The notes under the pieces are model-generated. The model ran no database searches. It worked only from the letters and a program-made list of their open reading frames with translations, and was not told where the DNA came from. Positions 42,618-51,996 of a stretch of 64,000 nt of DNA are shown here, one piece after another. A program made the position numbers and the translations under genes. Position 1 is the stretch's first letter, and every line of letters starts with the position of its first letter. Source of the DNA: a bacterium (lineage in GTDB: Bacteria; UBA8248); contig CBDBZU010000004.1 of the NCBI GenBank assembly GCA_965213625.1, forward strand, positions 3,168,001 to 3,232,000, given 5' to 3'.

Positions 42618-43163
42618 TCAAGGTCTATTGCCAGCAACAAACTCAAACGCCCGGTGCACCGCCTCATCAACAGCAGGTTCCACTTCTTCCAATTCATGAT
42701 CGAGAAAAGAATCCAGCAACCAATCCGCGCCGTTCACTCCACTCGGCGGTCTGCCCACTCCGATGCGCAGACGGGAAAAAACGTCCGTACCCAATGAGTG
42801 GATGATGCTGCCGATGCCATGATGGCCCGCGTCTCCACCCGATTTCTTGAACTTCACACGACCAAGCTCAATATCCATGTCGTCGTGCATGACAAGCAAA
42901 TTTTCAGGCGCCAGCCCTTCTCCGAGCAGGAGCGCCCTCACGGCCTTGCCGCTTAAGTTCATATACGTCTGTGGCTTCGCGAGTATGAATTTCCACCCCC
43001 TGAGCGACCCGCTGCCCAGTACGGAATGGTATTTCGTATCATTCACCGAAACACGATGGGCGCGGGCCAACCTGTCCACCGCCCAAAACCCCAAATTGTG
43101 CCTCGTCAACGCATACTCTAAACCGGGGTTGCCAAGACCGACTATCAATACAGCGGCAGCCAT
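42618..43163 (-). CDS. pth: Peptidyl-tRNA hydrolase
   Basis: GLGNPG, TRHNLG, KPQTYMNLSG, HDD, RLRIGVGRP. Confidence 0.96.
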   Translation of the reverse strand: MAAAVLIVGLGNPGLEYALTRHNLGFWAVDRLARAHRVSVNDTKYHSVLGSGSLRGWKFILAKPQTYMNLSGKAVRALLLGEGLAPENLLVMHDDMDIELGRVKFKKSGGDAGHHGIGSIIHSLGTDVFSRLRIGVGRPPSGVNGADWLLDSFLDHELEEVEPAVDEAVHRAFEFVAGNRP

Positions 43164-43205
43164 TCGCACCCCAGTCTCATGATTGCCGACTTTCCGCAAG
43201 CACCA

Positions 43206-43883
43206 TCAGCCGGAAGATTCAGCCTCTTGATCCCCCTCACCGTCAGAAGCTTCTCCATCCGGCGCATCTTCTCCCTCAACTTCGGCGCCAAGCAATTCAT
43301 CTTCATCCACTTCTTCTTCCTCTTCAACCGGAACGATGACAGTCATGACGGGATCATCGGGGTCGGCCACCAGTTCAACGCCTACGGGAATCTGAAGATC
43401 GCGCACGTGAATCACATCTCCGATTTCCACCTCCGAAATATCGACTTCGATCTGTTCCGGGATGGCGTTCGGCAGGCAGGAGATCTCCAGTTCGCGCAGC
43501 AACTGTGAGACTGTTCCTCCCATTTTTTCACCGGGCGACTCACCCGTCAAGGAAAGAGGCACGGCAATTTCGATCTTCTCATCCATGCGGATTTCCAGAA
43601 AATCCGCATGAAAAATCGTGCCTTTCATCGGGTCTCGCTGAAGCTCCTTCACGATAACCGGACGATCAGAAGCGGCTTCGCCCTCGACTTTGAGCTGGAA
43701 TACAACGTTGCTGCCGGCCCTCGTGCCGAGCAACGCCTCCAGTTCCTTTGGTTTGATAGTCAAGGGTGTAGAATCTTTAATCCCGTACACGATACCCGGT
43801 ATGTTGCCGGCTTTTCTCACCGCACGGGCGCCGCTCTTTCCCATTTGTGTTCTTTTATCCACCGAGAGAGATAAATTTTCCAT
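43206..43883 (-). CDS. rplY: 50S ribosomal protein L25 / general stress protein Ctc
   Basis: IPGIVYG, HADF, C-terminal TL5 domain and acidic tail; GGAG RBS before ATG 43883. Confidence 0.95.
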   Translation of the reverse strand: MENLSLSVDKRTQMGKSGARAVRKAGNIPGIVYGIKDSTPLTIKPKELEALLGTRAGSNVVFQLKVEGEAASDRPVIVKELQRDPMKGTIFHADFLEIRMDEKIEIAVPLSLTGESPGEKMGGTVSQLLRELEISCLPNAIPEQIEVDISEVEIGDVIHVRDLQIPVGVELVADPDDPVMTVIVPVEEEEEVDEDELLGAEVEGEDAPDGEASDGEGDQEAESSG

Positions 43884-43916
43884 TTTTTTCTCCAGTATTA
43901 CCATCGACTAGAATGG

Positions 43917-44861
43917 TTATTCGAACAAACTGCTCACGGAGGCATTCTCGTGAATCCGGCGAATCGCCTCGGCCAAAAGCCTCCCCACCTCCAGGACTTT
44001 GATGCGAGAGCAGCCTTTCGCTTTATCCGAAAGCGGTATCGAGTCGCTCACGACGAATTCGACGATGCTCGATTTCTCGATTCTCTCCACCGCCGGGCCC
44101 GACAAAACCGCGTGCGTGCAGCATGCGTATACCTGCCGTGCACCGGCCGCCATGAGCGCATCTGCGCCCTGGCTTATGGTGCCTGCCGTATCACAAAGAT
44201 CATCCACGACCAGGACATCGCATCCTCTCACGTCGCCGATGATGTTCATCACTTCCGAGTGGTTCGCCCGCTCTCGTCGCTTGTCGATGATGCCCAGACT
44301 CGCGTTCAGCCTTCGCGCGTGGTCCCGGGCTCTCTCCACTCCCCCGGCGTCGGGCGAGACAACCACCAAATCCTTCAATTCTTTCTTCTTGAAATACTCT
44401 ATCATGATGGGCGCCGAATACAGATGGTCCACGGGAATATCGAAAAACCCCTGTATCTGGCCCGCGTGTAAATCCATGGCGATGACCCTGTCCGCACCCG
44501 AGGCGGCCAGCAGGTTGGCGACGAGTTTCGCGGTAATCGGAACTCTGGGCTGCACCTTCCTGTCCTGACGCGCGTATGCGTAATAGGGGATCACCGCCGT
44601 GATGCGTTCGGCGGATGAGCGGCGGAATGCATCGAGCATGATGAGCATTTCCATCAGGTTCGCATTGCCGGGAGTGCACAGACTCTGCACGGCAAACACG
44701 TCCGCTCCCCGGATGTTCTCATTTATGCGGACGAATGTTTCCCCATCGCTGAAATCGATGATTTCAATCGAGCCGGGCCGGATGTACAACGAATCAAAAA
44801 TACTCTGGTTCAGTGCTGGATTCGACCGCCCGCCGAAGACCTTTAACTGATGTCCATTCAC
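43917..44861 (-). CDS. prs: Ribose-phosphate pyrophosphokinase
   Basis: FSDGE, YARQDRK, DLHAGQIQGFF, SPDAGG, VDDLCDTAGT. Confidence 0.97.
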   Translation of the reverse strand: MNGHQLKVFGGRSNPALNQSIFDSLYIRPGSIEIIDFSDGETFVRINENIRGADVFAVQSLCTPGNANLMEMLIMLDAFRRSSAERITAVIPYYAYARQDRKVQPRVPITAKLVANLLAASGADRVIAMDLHAGQIQGFFDIPVDHLYSAPIMIEYFKKKELKDLVVVSPDAGGVERARDHARRLNASLGIIDKRRERANHSEVMNIIGDVRGCDVLVVDDLCDTAGTISQGADALMAAGARQVYACCTHAVLSGPAVERIEKSSIVEFVVSDSIPLSDKAKGCSRIKVLEVGRLLAEAIRRIHENASVSSLFE

Positions 44862-45005
44862 CGTTCCTGCTCACATAGTATTGTCAATTCAATCACAAAG
44901 AGCGATTTTTGATACTTGATTTTCCAAGCGGAGGCAAGTGGCGAGAGGCGAAATTCTCTCCAATTCCCACTATTTTAGAACTTTTGTCTTATTTTTCTAT
45001 TATTT

Positions 45006-45893
45006 TCATGAAAAACAAGTCTCCTGGAGTGGAGCCGCCACAAAACATTCACATTCCTTGCCCTTTTCAGACTCCCTGATTCGGATTGCCGCCCGCTCGG
45101 CCTCTCGTTTCCGGCGAAAAAAACCGAAAATCGTCGAGCCGCTACCGCTCATCATGGCTCTCACGGCGCCTTGCCGAACGAGTTCCTCACATAGGCGCTC
45201 AAGCTCGGGGAATCGGGGAAACACGATAGCTTGCAAATCATTCCCGTATTCATACCGACCCAGGCGCGCCGAGGTGTTTTTATTGTTGAAGGTCCATCCT
45301 TCCCGGCTCAGGATCTCACGGGACCAGCCATAGACATCCTGCGTGGACAAAGCCAAGGGCGGCTTGACCAACAGGAACCAGCCGCTCCGCAGGGTTGCTT
45401 TCGCATCGACTCGCTCGCCCCGCCCCCGGCACACCGCCGCCGGTCCACCGAGAAAAAACGGGACGTCCGAACCGACACGCGCGGCCACCTCGCTCAATTC
45501 CGCCTCCCCCATTCCGATATTCCAGGCCCGGTTCAGCGCCCATAGCGTTCCCGCCGCGTTGCCGCTACCCCCGCCCAGGCCTGCACCCGCGGGGATTTTC
45601 TTCTTCAGATAGATGCGCGCGCCGAGCCCTTTGCTTCCCGATGCTTCTCTCAAGGCCCTCGCCGCGCGATACACGATGTTCTCTCTGCCGCCCGGAACAT
45701 CACCCCGATCCGCATATACGAGAATCCTTTTGCCGCCCGGCTCGATTCGCACCTCATCATACAGCGATATCTGCTGCATCCACGTAATGAGCTCGTGATA
45801 GCCGTCGGCGCGCAGACCCAGAACCCTCAGGCACAAATTGAGCTTCGCAGGCGTTTTCAAAACTACGTGCTCGGAAACGTCCTTGTCGCTCAT
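45006..45893 (-). CDS. ispE: 4-diphosphocytidyl-2-C-methyl-D-erythritol kinase
   Basis: PAKLNL, DGYHEL, PAGAGLGGGSGNAA, GSDVPFF, MSGSGST; start moved to ATG 45893. Confidence 0.95.
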   Translation of the reverse strand: MSDKDVSEHVVLKTPAKLNLCLRVLGLRADGYHELITWMQQISLYDEVRIEPGGKRILVYADRGDVPGGRENIVYRAARALREASGSKGLGARIYLKKKIPAGAGLGGGSGNAAGTLWALNRAWNIGMGEAELSEVAARVGSDVPFFLGGPAAVCRGRGERVDAKATLRSGWFLLVKPPLALSTQDVYGWSREILSREGWTFNNKNTSARLGRYEYGNDLQAIVFPRFPELERLCEELVRQGAVRAMMSGSGSTIFGFFRRKREAERAAIRIRESEKGKECECFVAAPLQETCFS

Positions 45894-45901
45894 AAAACGG
45901 G

Positions 45902-46741
45902 CTAACCTCCCAGCCAGAGCATTCTGGCGCCCCGGGGCGTCTCCAGGAGGAACAGATCGTCGGGGAGCGCCGTCTCCACCGCACCCTCGTCGGCGGGATA
46001 GGAGATGCGCAGCCGATTCTTCCCGCCAGTGGCCAGAATCTCCACCTGCGATGGACGCCACACGTTCCCGATCTTGATAAACCTGCCGTAGCGAACCACA
46101 ATCGCCCCCTGCGGTGTGCGAATTCCCATTTTCCCCACATGGAAATCGCGTGGCTCGAATTCGGCAAAACCCGAGACTACCCCTCCATATCCCCTCCTCA
46201 TCTCGAGCCGGTAGACAGAGCCCGATTTCTTCAAATCAAGATTTTCCTCACCCCCAAGCGCAGCGGCCCAATCTCCCAGCAAGAACCTGATGACTAATTC
46301 GCTGTTCAGCGGTATTCCCAGAATCTGCTCGATCCCCCGCCTGTTCGTCCTGCCCATGTATACCGTGTTGCGCGAGGGAGAATATGCGCGAAACAAGCCT
46401 CCCTGCGCGACAACGACCACCAGGGGCGTCCCGAACGGGGAGAGAGGCTCCAATCGCAGCGAGTCGGGCTTCCTCAAAACCAGGACCGCGTTGCCGGCAA
46501 ACGAACCCTGGGGAACCAGGGGGTTCGCGAGGCCTGATTCCGCCCGATCACCATGAAACCGCAACTGCATGAATACGGCCCCCCGATACGCGCGAGGAAA
46601 TTGCCTGGTCTTGAGTTTGGCGAATAATTCCGCGCGCGACACATCACGCAGCGGAACCTTCTCGACTTGCCTGGGTTGAAAAAGTGCGCAACCGGCCAGA
46701 GTGAAAAACGAGACTACCAGATAAAAACGCAATGTACGCAA
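45902..46741 (-). CDS. Lipoprotein of probable LolA/LolB-like fold (DUF4292/LolB-like)
   Basis: Lipobox LAGC; beta-rich PDSLRLEPLSPFG; C-terminal LPDDLFLLETP as in LolA-fold proteins; occupies the lolB position upstream of ispE. Confidence 0.6.
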   Translation of the reverse strand: MRTLRFYLVVSFFTLAGCALFQPRQVEKVPLRDVSRAELFAKLKTRQFPRAYRGAVFMQLRFHGDRAESGLANPLVPQGSFAGNAVLVLRKPDSLRLEPLSPFGTPLVVVVAQGGLFRAYSPSRNTVYMGRTNRRGIEQILGIPLNSELVIRFLLGDWAAALGGEENLDLKKSGSVYRLEMRRGYGGVVSGFAEFEPRDFHVGKMGIRTPQGAIVVRYGRFIKIGNVWRPSQVEILATGGKNRLRISYPADEGAVETALPDDLFLLETPRGARMLWLGG

Positions 46742-46826
46742 GAATCAGATGTCCCTGGAGAGAGGAGTCGAGATAATCCGGGCGAGAACCAGCGGGCGCG
46801 ACCAAGCGCGCAATAATCTCACAGCC

Positions 46827-48566
46827 CTACATGAGGGGTTTTTTCTGTTTGGGAAGGTGCGTTTGAATCTTTTGTTTTAGTTTTTCATTCTTCGGATCCG
46901 TCTCGGAGGCACGCTTCCAGTGGAGAAGCGCCTTTTCAACATCATTCAAGGCGAGATATATATCGCCCAGATGTTCGAGGATGACCGCGTCTTTCGGCAT
47001 CTTCGTCGCCGCGTGCTGCACCTTCACGAGCGCTTCCCGAAATCGGCCCTGGCGATAATAAATCCAACCTATGCTGTCGAGAAATGCGGCGTTTTCAGGC
47101 TCAATCGCCAAGGCGCGAACCAGAAGCTTTTCGGCCTCATCAAGGTTCTTGTCGAGTTCGGAGAACATATAACCCAGCAAGTTCATGGCGTTGGCGTGCT
47201 TTGGGTTTTTTTGAATTATCTTTCTGGTAGTCGCTTCCACGTTATCCCAGCGCTTGAGTTCGTAGTACACCGAGGCGAGAGAATACAAATAACCCTCCCG
47301 GTCGGGTTCCAGTTTCACCGCTTTCTGAGCATTGGGTAGAGCTTCGGCGAATTTCTTTTGCCTCGACAGCGACAAACCGCGCGTATAATACAGTCGGCCT
47401 TCCTCGGGATGGTGCTTCTCGGCTTTATCCAATATGTCACTCGCCTGCTTCCATTTTTTCTGGTCGATGTACAACCAGGCGAGTTGGATGAGCCCATCCA
47501 GCGACTGGGGCAGTAAAGACAATAACTCGAGAAGCTCCTCCTCGGCGCGCTTATATTGTTTCAGTTCTTCATATATTCTCGCGACATACTTGCGCACCAT
47601 TTCGTCTTTCGGATTTCTCGCCAGGACGAATCGAAATTCCCGAAGCGCATCCTGGTATTCTCTTTGATCGAAATTCAAAAAACCGAGCGTGCGGTGCACA
47701 CTCACGTTGTCGGGCTCCTCCGAACGGAGCACTTTGAACTCTTCCAGAGCCTGCTTCATATTCTTCTTTCGTATGTAGAGCTGCCCCAGGCGAGAGCGAA
47801 CGATTCGGTTGCCGGGTTCGATTGTTTGCGCTTTTTTGTAGGTCGCTTCCGCTTCGTCGAATTTTTCCTGCGCCTCATAGAGTCTGGCGAGCAGGAGCCT
47901 GCCGCGCGTGAATCTGGGCTGTCTCTCCAGGATTGTTAAAATTTCCCTCTCCGCCTCGGCGTATTTTTTCAAGCCCGCATAGGCTTGCGCGAGACTATAC
48001 CTGCCGAGAATGGGCCTTCTTCCCGACTTGACGAGGTCCTCCAGAATCTCGGCGGCTTTGGAATACTCGCGCAAATCCAGGTAGACGCTGCCCAGAAGCA
48101 GGCGCGTTTGCTGGTGATCGGGACTCATTTTCAGTAATTTTTTATAAATCGCTACGGCTTCGTCCAGTTTCATTCTGGAAGCGTAAATGCCCCCCAGGAC
48201 GAAGTGGGCCTCGAGGTTGTTCGCATCTTGCACCGTCGCCTTAATAGCGAATTTTTCGGCCTCGGCCAGTTTCCCCTGACGGACGAGAAGCGATGCCAGG
48301 CGAGTGGACAAGAACGAGGAGTTCGGATTGTACATGTCCGCCTGGACATAAGACGTTTCCGCATCTTTGAGGTTTCCGGCCAACTCTTCGCGATACCCGG
48401 CGATAAAATGAAAATAGGACTTCGACGTTCCCTTTATCTTGTCCGAAAACGGACGCAGCTTGACCACGGGCGCAGGCGCGGCGGGCTTCACCTCGGGTTC
48501 CAAAGGCGCGCATCCCGCCAGGATCAGAGCGAGGGGCAATATCATCTTGCCGTAGAATTTCAACAT
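46827..48566 (-). CDS. TPR-repeat lipoprotein (PA4667/LbcA-like)
   Basis: Lipobox LAGC, many TPRs, C-terminal AMNLLGY...AFLDSIGWIYY...ILEHLGDIY. Confidence 0.85.
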   Translation of the reverse strand: MLKFYGKMILPLALILAGCAPLEPEVKPAAPAPVVKLRPFSDKIKGTSKSYFHFIAGYREELAGNLKDAETSYVQADMYNPNSSFLSTRLASLLVRQGKLAEAEKFAIKATVQDANNLEAHFVLGGIYASRMKLDEAVAIYKKLLKMSPDHQQTRLLLGSVYLDLREYSKAAEILEDLVKSGRRPILGRYSLAQAYAGLKKYAEAEREILTILERQPRFTRGRLLLARLYEAQEKFDEAEATYKKAQTIEPGNRIVRSRLGQLYIRKKNMKQALEEFKVLRSEEPDNVSVHRTLGFLNFDQREYQDALREFRFVLARNPKDEMVRKYVARIYEELKQYKRAEEELLELLSLLPQSLDGLIQLAWLYIDQKKWKQASDILDKAEKHHPEEGRLYYTRGLSLSRQKKFAEALPNAQKAVKLEPDREGYLYSLASVYYELKRWDNVEATTRKIIQKNPKHANAMNLLGYMFSELDKNLDEAEKLLVRALAIEPENAAFLDSIGWIYYRQGRFREALVKVQHAATKMPKDAVILEHLGDIYLALNDVEKALLHWKRASETDPKNEKLKQKIQTHLPKQKKPLM

Positions 48567-48606
48567 AAAATGCAACCTCTCCAACAAATTCTCGCGCCGG
48601 ATATTA

Positions 48607-49104
48607 TCATAATTCAGATTTTCCATGCGTACGAATGTGGTAAATGAGTTTTTCCGCTGCGCGGCGTAACTGTTCATCCCCCACGTCGGCAATGGCGTCC
48701 TCTATGGCGGCGTCATCTCCGGAGGAAATCGGCGTCGCCTTTCTCGAAATCGCCGCAGAGTCAACCTCCTCGTCATCATAGTCAAACGTGATGCCTGCGT
48801 TCGAGAGCCTGAAGCGGATATCATCGATGCGAGAGTCCTCCATGTGCTCATTGATTCTCGCGAGCAAATCCTGCTTTCTGAACTCGAGTTCATGCACCCA
48901 GCTCGAGTCCGCCACTTCCACGTAAAGGCAACCCTTGCTGAGAGATACCGGCCGCGCCGCCCGGGAGATGCCCTCACCCACGGCCCTCGGCCAGATGCGA
49001 AACACGAAATTCCGGGCCAGACGCCTACCCCACGGCTCTTTTCGGCGCACTTCTCTCAGAATCGATGAAAACTTCCTGGGCTTCGAGAAGGGCCGCCTAC
49101 TCAC
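48607..49104 (-). CDS. DUF721 / DciA-family protein
   Basis: WPRAVGEGI...LYVEVADSSWVHEL...IDDIRF KH-like pattern plus C-terminal helical tail. Confidence 0.8.
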   Translation of the reverse strand: MSRRPFSKPRKFSSILREVRRKEPWGRRLARNFVFRIWPRAVGEGISRAARPVSLSKGCLYVEVADSSWVHELEFRKQDLLARINEHMEDSRIDDIRFRLSNAGITFDYDDEEVDSAAISRKATPISSGDDAAIEDAIADVGDEQLRRAAEKLIYHIRTHGKSEL

Positions 49105-49795
49105 TTACAGCACCCCTTTTCTCTGGAATTTCGGTGATTTCCTTGTTTTGCAGTTCCCCAATCGCCACCATGACGCGATCGATAATCTTCTGGCTCGCCT
49201 CTTTCGTGTTGGCGATTGCATACTCGTCGCTCAAATCCATCGGCGCCCCGAATCGCAACTCAACCCTCGTACCCGGGCGGGGCAGGGTCTTCCCCACCGG
49301 AATCACCCGGTCCGCCCCCGTGATTGAGACGGGTATGACCGTAGGGGTGGTATTCCTCACGATGCGGCCCACCATCCGGTTTCCCCGCTGGAGCCGGCCG
49401 TCGCGGCTCCGCGTGCCCTCGGGATAGAGGATCACTTTTCCCTCTCTGATATAGTCCTCGATCATGCGGATGGATTTTCTGTCCGCCCCGCCGCGCCTGA
49501 TGGGGAAACCCCGCCATTTGCGCAATATCCAGCCCACGACGGGGATGTCGAAAAGCTCTTCCTTCCCCGCCTGGCGAAGCAATTCTTCGGGATATTTCAA
49601 ATAAATGGCCCAGGGTATCACCAGGACGTCGAGGGCGGAGATATGATTGCTCAAGAAGAGGATGTTCCCACCCGGCGGGATGTTTTCCATTCCGGTGATT
49701 TTCATTTTCGTGAACAGGCGCACCAGAAGGCCCACGAAGCCGCGGCCCAGCTTAATCATCAACCGCTCGACCAATGGACCCGTACCTGCGATCAC
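49097..49795 (-). CDS. plsC: 1-acyl-sn-glycerol-3-phosphate acyltransferase
   Basis: NHISALD (HX4D), FPIRR, YPEGTRS. Confidence 0.85.
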   Translation of the reverse strand: MIAGTGPLVERLMIKLGRGFVGLLVRLFTKMKITGMENIPPGGNILFLSNHISALDVLVIPWAIYLKYPEELLRQAGKEELFDIPVVGWILRKWRGFPIRRGGADRKSIRMIEDYIREGKVILYPEGTRSRDGRLQRGNRMVGRIVRNTTPTVIPVSITGADRVIPVGKTLPRPGTRVELRFGAPMDLSDEYAIANTKEASQKIIDRVMVAIGELQNKEITEIPEKRGAVSE

Positions 49796-50036
49796 CTCGA
49801 AAATCTCCCCTCGCGCAGAGATGAAAAATCATTGAATTTCATGGTTTTCAATTGCCGAATCACCCAGCAGGCGTAGGGCGCAACCACTCGCAGGCGGACG
49901 CAGAAACATTATACCCCCACTCGTTGGAGAATAACACAGGGCGGTATTGAAAAATGAGGTTGCCCACCGAAGGTGGGGGTGCAATAATTCGCGCGCCTTG
50001 CAGAAATACAGCCATTCGCCCGAAGGGGAGCATTGC

Positions 50037-51416
50037 GTGTCCGGCATCAACCCACTGATATTCAGGGAATACGACATTCGCGGCGTGGTGGAAAAAGACC
50101 TCACGACCGAAATCGTCGAGACCATCGGCGGCGCTCTCGGCACGCACCTGGGCGGCGCGGGGGGGGCCGCCATCGCCGTGGGGCGCGACAACCGCTTCTC
50201 CTCACCCGATTTTTACGACGCGCTCCAGAAAGGCCTCACCGCTGCAGGCTGCCGCGTCATCGGAATCGGCATGGTGCCCACACCGGTGGTTTCCTTCGCG
50301 ACGCACCATCTCGACGTGGCGGGAGCCGTGCAGATAACGGGTTCGCACAATCCGCCGGAATTCAACGGCTTCAAGATCACCCGGGGGCGCGAGGCGATTC
50401 ACGGCGAAGAAATCCAGGAGTTAAGGAGAATCATCGAGGAGGGCCGGATCCACCGGGCCGAGACGCGGGGGACATTTGAGGAAGTCGACATCAGGCCCCA
50501 ATACATCGAGCGGGCTTCACAGGATCTGGCGCTCACGCGGCCCTTGAAAGTTGTCGTCGATGCGGGAAACGGGGTCGGCGGCACGGTGGCGCCCCAAGTC
50601 TTAAGAAAAATCGGCGCCGAGGTGGTGGAACTCTTCACCGAGCCGGATGCTTCTTATCCCAATCACCACCCGGACCCCACGGTGCCGAAAAACCTCGAAT
50701 CCCTGATAGCCAAGGTTCGCGAAACGGGCGCTGAGGCGGGCATCGGACTGGACGGTGATGGAGACCGCATCGGCGCGGTGGACGCCACGGGCAGAATCAT
50801 CTGGGGCGATGAGCTGCTCATGCTGCTTGCCGCGCCCATTCTGGCGCGAAGCCCGGGAGAGGCCATCGTCTTCGACGTGAAGTGCTCATCACGCCTGGCG
50901 GACGCCGTGAAGCGGATGGGCGGGCGTCCGGTGATGAGCGCAACGGGGCATTCGCTCGTGCGCGCCAAGATAGTGGAGGAGCGGGCCCCGCTGGGCGGCG
51001 AACTCTCCGGCCACATCTTCTTTGTCGACGGTTATCTCGGCTATGACGACGCCATCTATACCGCAGCCAGGCTCCTGCATCTTCTTTGCGACTCGGGTGA
51101 AACGCTCGCCGAGCGGGTGTCTAAAATTCCCACGTCGGTCTCCACGCCCGAGATAAGGGTCGCGTGCCCGGATGAGGAGAAATTCCAGATCGTCGAAGAC
51201 CTGAAGAACCACTTTAAGAACATCTATGAAACCATTGAAGTGGATGGCGCGCGTATAAACTTCGAGAAAGGCTGGGGCCTGATACGGGCATCGAATACGC
51301 AGCCTGTGCTCGTCATGCGCTTCGAGGCGCTCGATGAACCCTCCCTTCGCGCGTACCAGAGCGAAGTATACGAAGAGATAAAAAAATACCCCGCCGTCTC
51401 ACTGCCGGATGCGTAG
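50037..51416 (+). CDS. Phosphomannomutase/phosphoglucomutase (AlgC type)
   Basis: FREYDIRG, TGSHNP, DGDGDR, GELSGH, RASNTQP; GTG start after GGGGAG. Confidence 0.93.
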   Translation: MSGINPLIFREYDIRGVVEKDLTTEIVETIGGALGTHLGGAGGAAIAVGRDNRFSSPDFYDALQKGLTAAGCRVIGIGMVPTPVVSFATHHLDVAGAVQITGSHNPPEFNGFKITRGREAIHGEEIQELRRIIEEGRIHRAETRGTFEEVDIRPQYIERASQDLALTRPLKVVVDAGNGVGGTVAPQVLRKIGAEVVELFTEPDASYPNHHPDPTVPKNLESLIAKVRETGAEAGIGLDGDGDRIGAVDATGRIIWGDELLMLLAAPILARSPGEAIVFDVKCSSRLADAVKRMGGRPVMSATGHSLVRAKIVEERAPLGGELSGHIFFVDGYLGYDDAIYTAARLLHLLCDSGETLAERVSKIPTSVSTPEIRVACPDEEKFQIVEDLKNHFKNIYETIEVDGARINFEKGWGLIRASNTQPVLVMRFEALDEPSLRAYQSEVYEEIKKYPAVSLPDA

Positions 51417-51996
51417 CCTCCGTGCACTCTACGAGTGGGTGCTGAGCTGGGCGGATTCGCGCTACGCCCTGCCCGCACTCATCGTCGTATCGACGACGGA
51501 ATCCGTCTTCTTCCCCATACCGCCGGACCCGCTCCTGATGGCCCTGGCGCTCGCCAGGCCGCAAAGAGCGTATCTCTACGCCGCCGTCTGCTCGGCGTCC
51601 TCCGTCCTGGGAGGCGCTCTGGGCTACCTGATCGGCTTTTATCTCCTGAAAAGCATCGGCGAGCCCATCATCGCGTTCTACGGCGTAGCGGATAAATTCC
51701 AGCTCGTTCAGGAATACTACCGCGCCTATGACGCCTGGGCGGTAGGCGTCGCAGGCTTCACGCCGATACCCTATAAAGTGTTCACGATTTCGGCCGGCGC
51801 GTTCGAAATCAATTTCCTGGTTTTCCTCGTCGCGTCAATTGTAAGCCGCTCGGCGCGCTTTTTCATCGAGGCCGCGCTCATCCACCGCTTCGGCCCGTCG
51901 ATAAGAAGTTTCATCGATCGCTACTTTAATTTATTGACCATCCTCTTTATCGTATTGCTTCTGGGCGGTTTTCTCCTGTTCAAAGGATTCTTCTAA
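51409..51996 (+). CDS. DedA superfamily membrane protein (YqaA-like)
   Basis: ESVFFPIPPD, GFTPIPYKVFTI, SRSARFF. Confidence 0.88.
   Translation: MRSLRALYEWVLSWADSRYALPALIVVSTTESVFFPIPPDPLLMALALARPQRAYLYAAVCSASSVLGGALGYLIGFYLLKSIGEPIIAFYGVADKFQLVQEYYRAYDAWAVGVAGFTPIPYKVFTISAGAFEINFLVFLVASIVSRSARFFIEAALIHRFGPSIRSFIDRYFNLLTILFIVLLLGGFLLFKGFF

Noticed and set aside
49796-50036. Divergent spacer with hairpin CCCACC-GAA-GGTGGG as an ncRNA
   Set aside because: The hairpin lies in a plausible promoter spacer (TTGCCC-17-AATAAT) and shows no tRNA, SRP, 6S or riboswitch signature.
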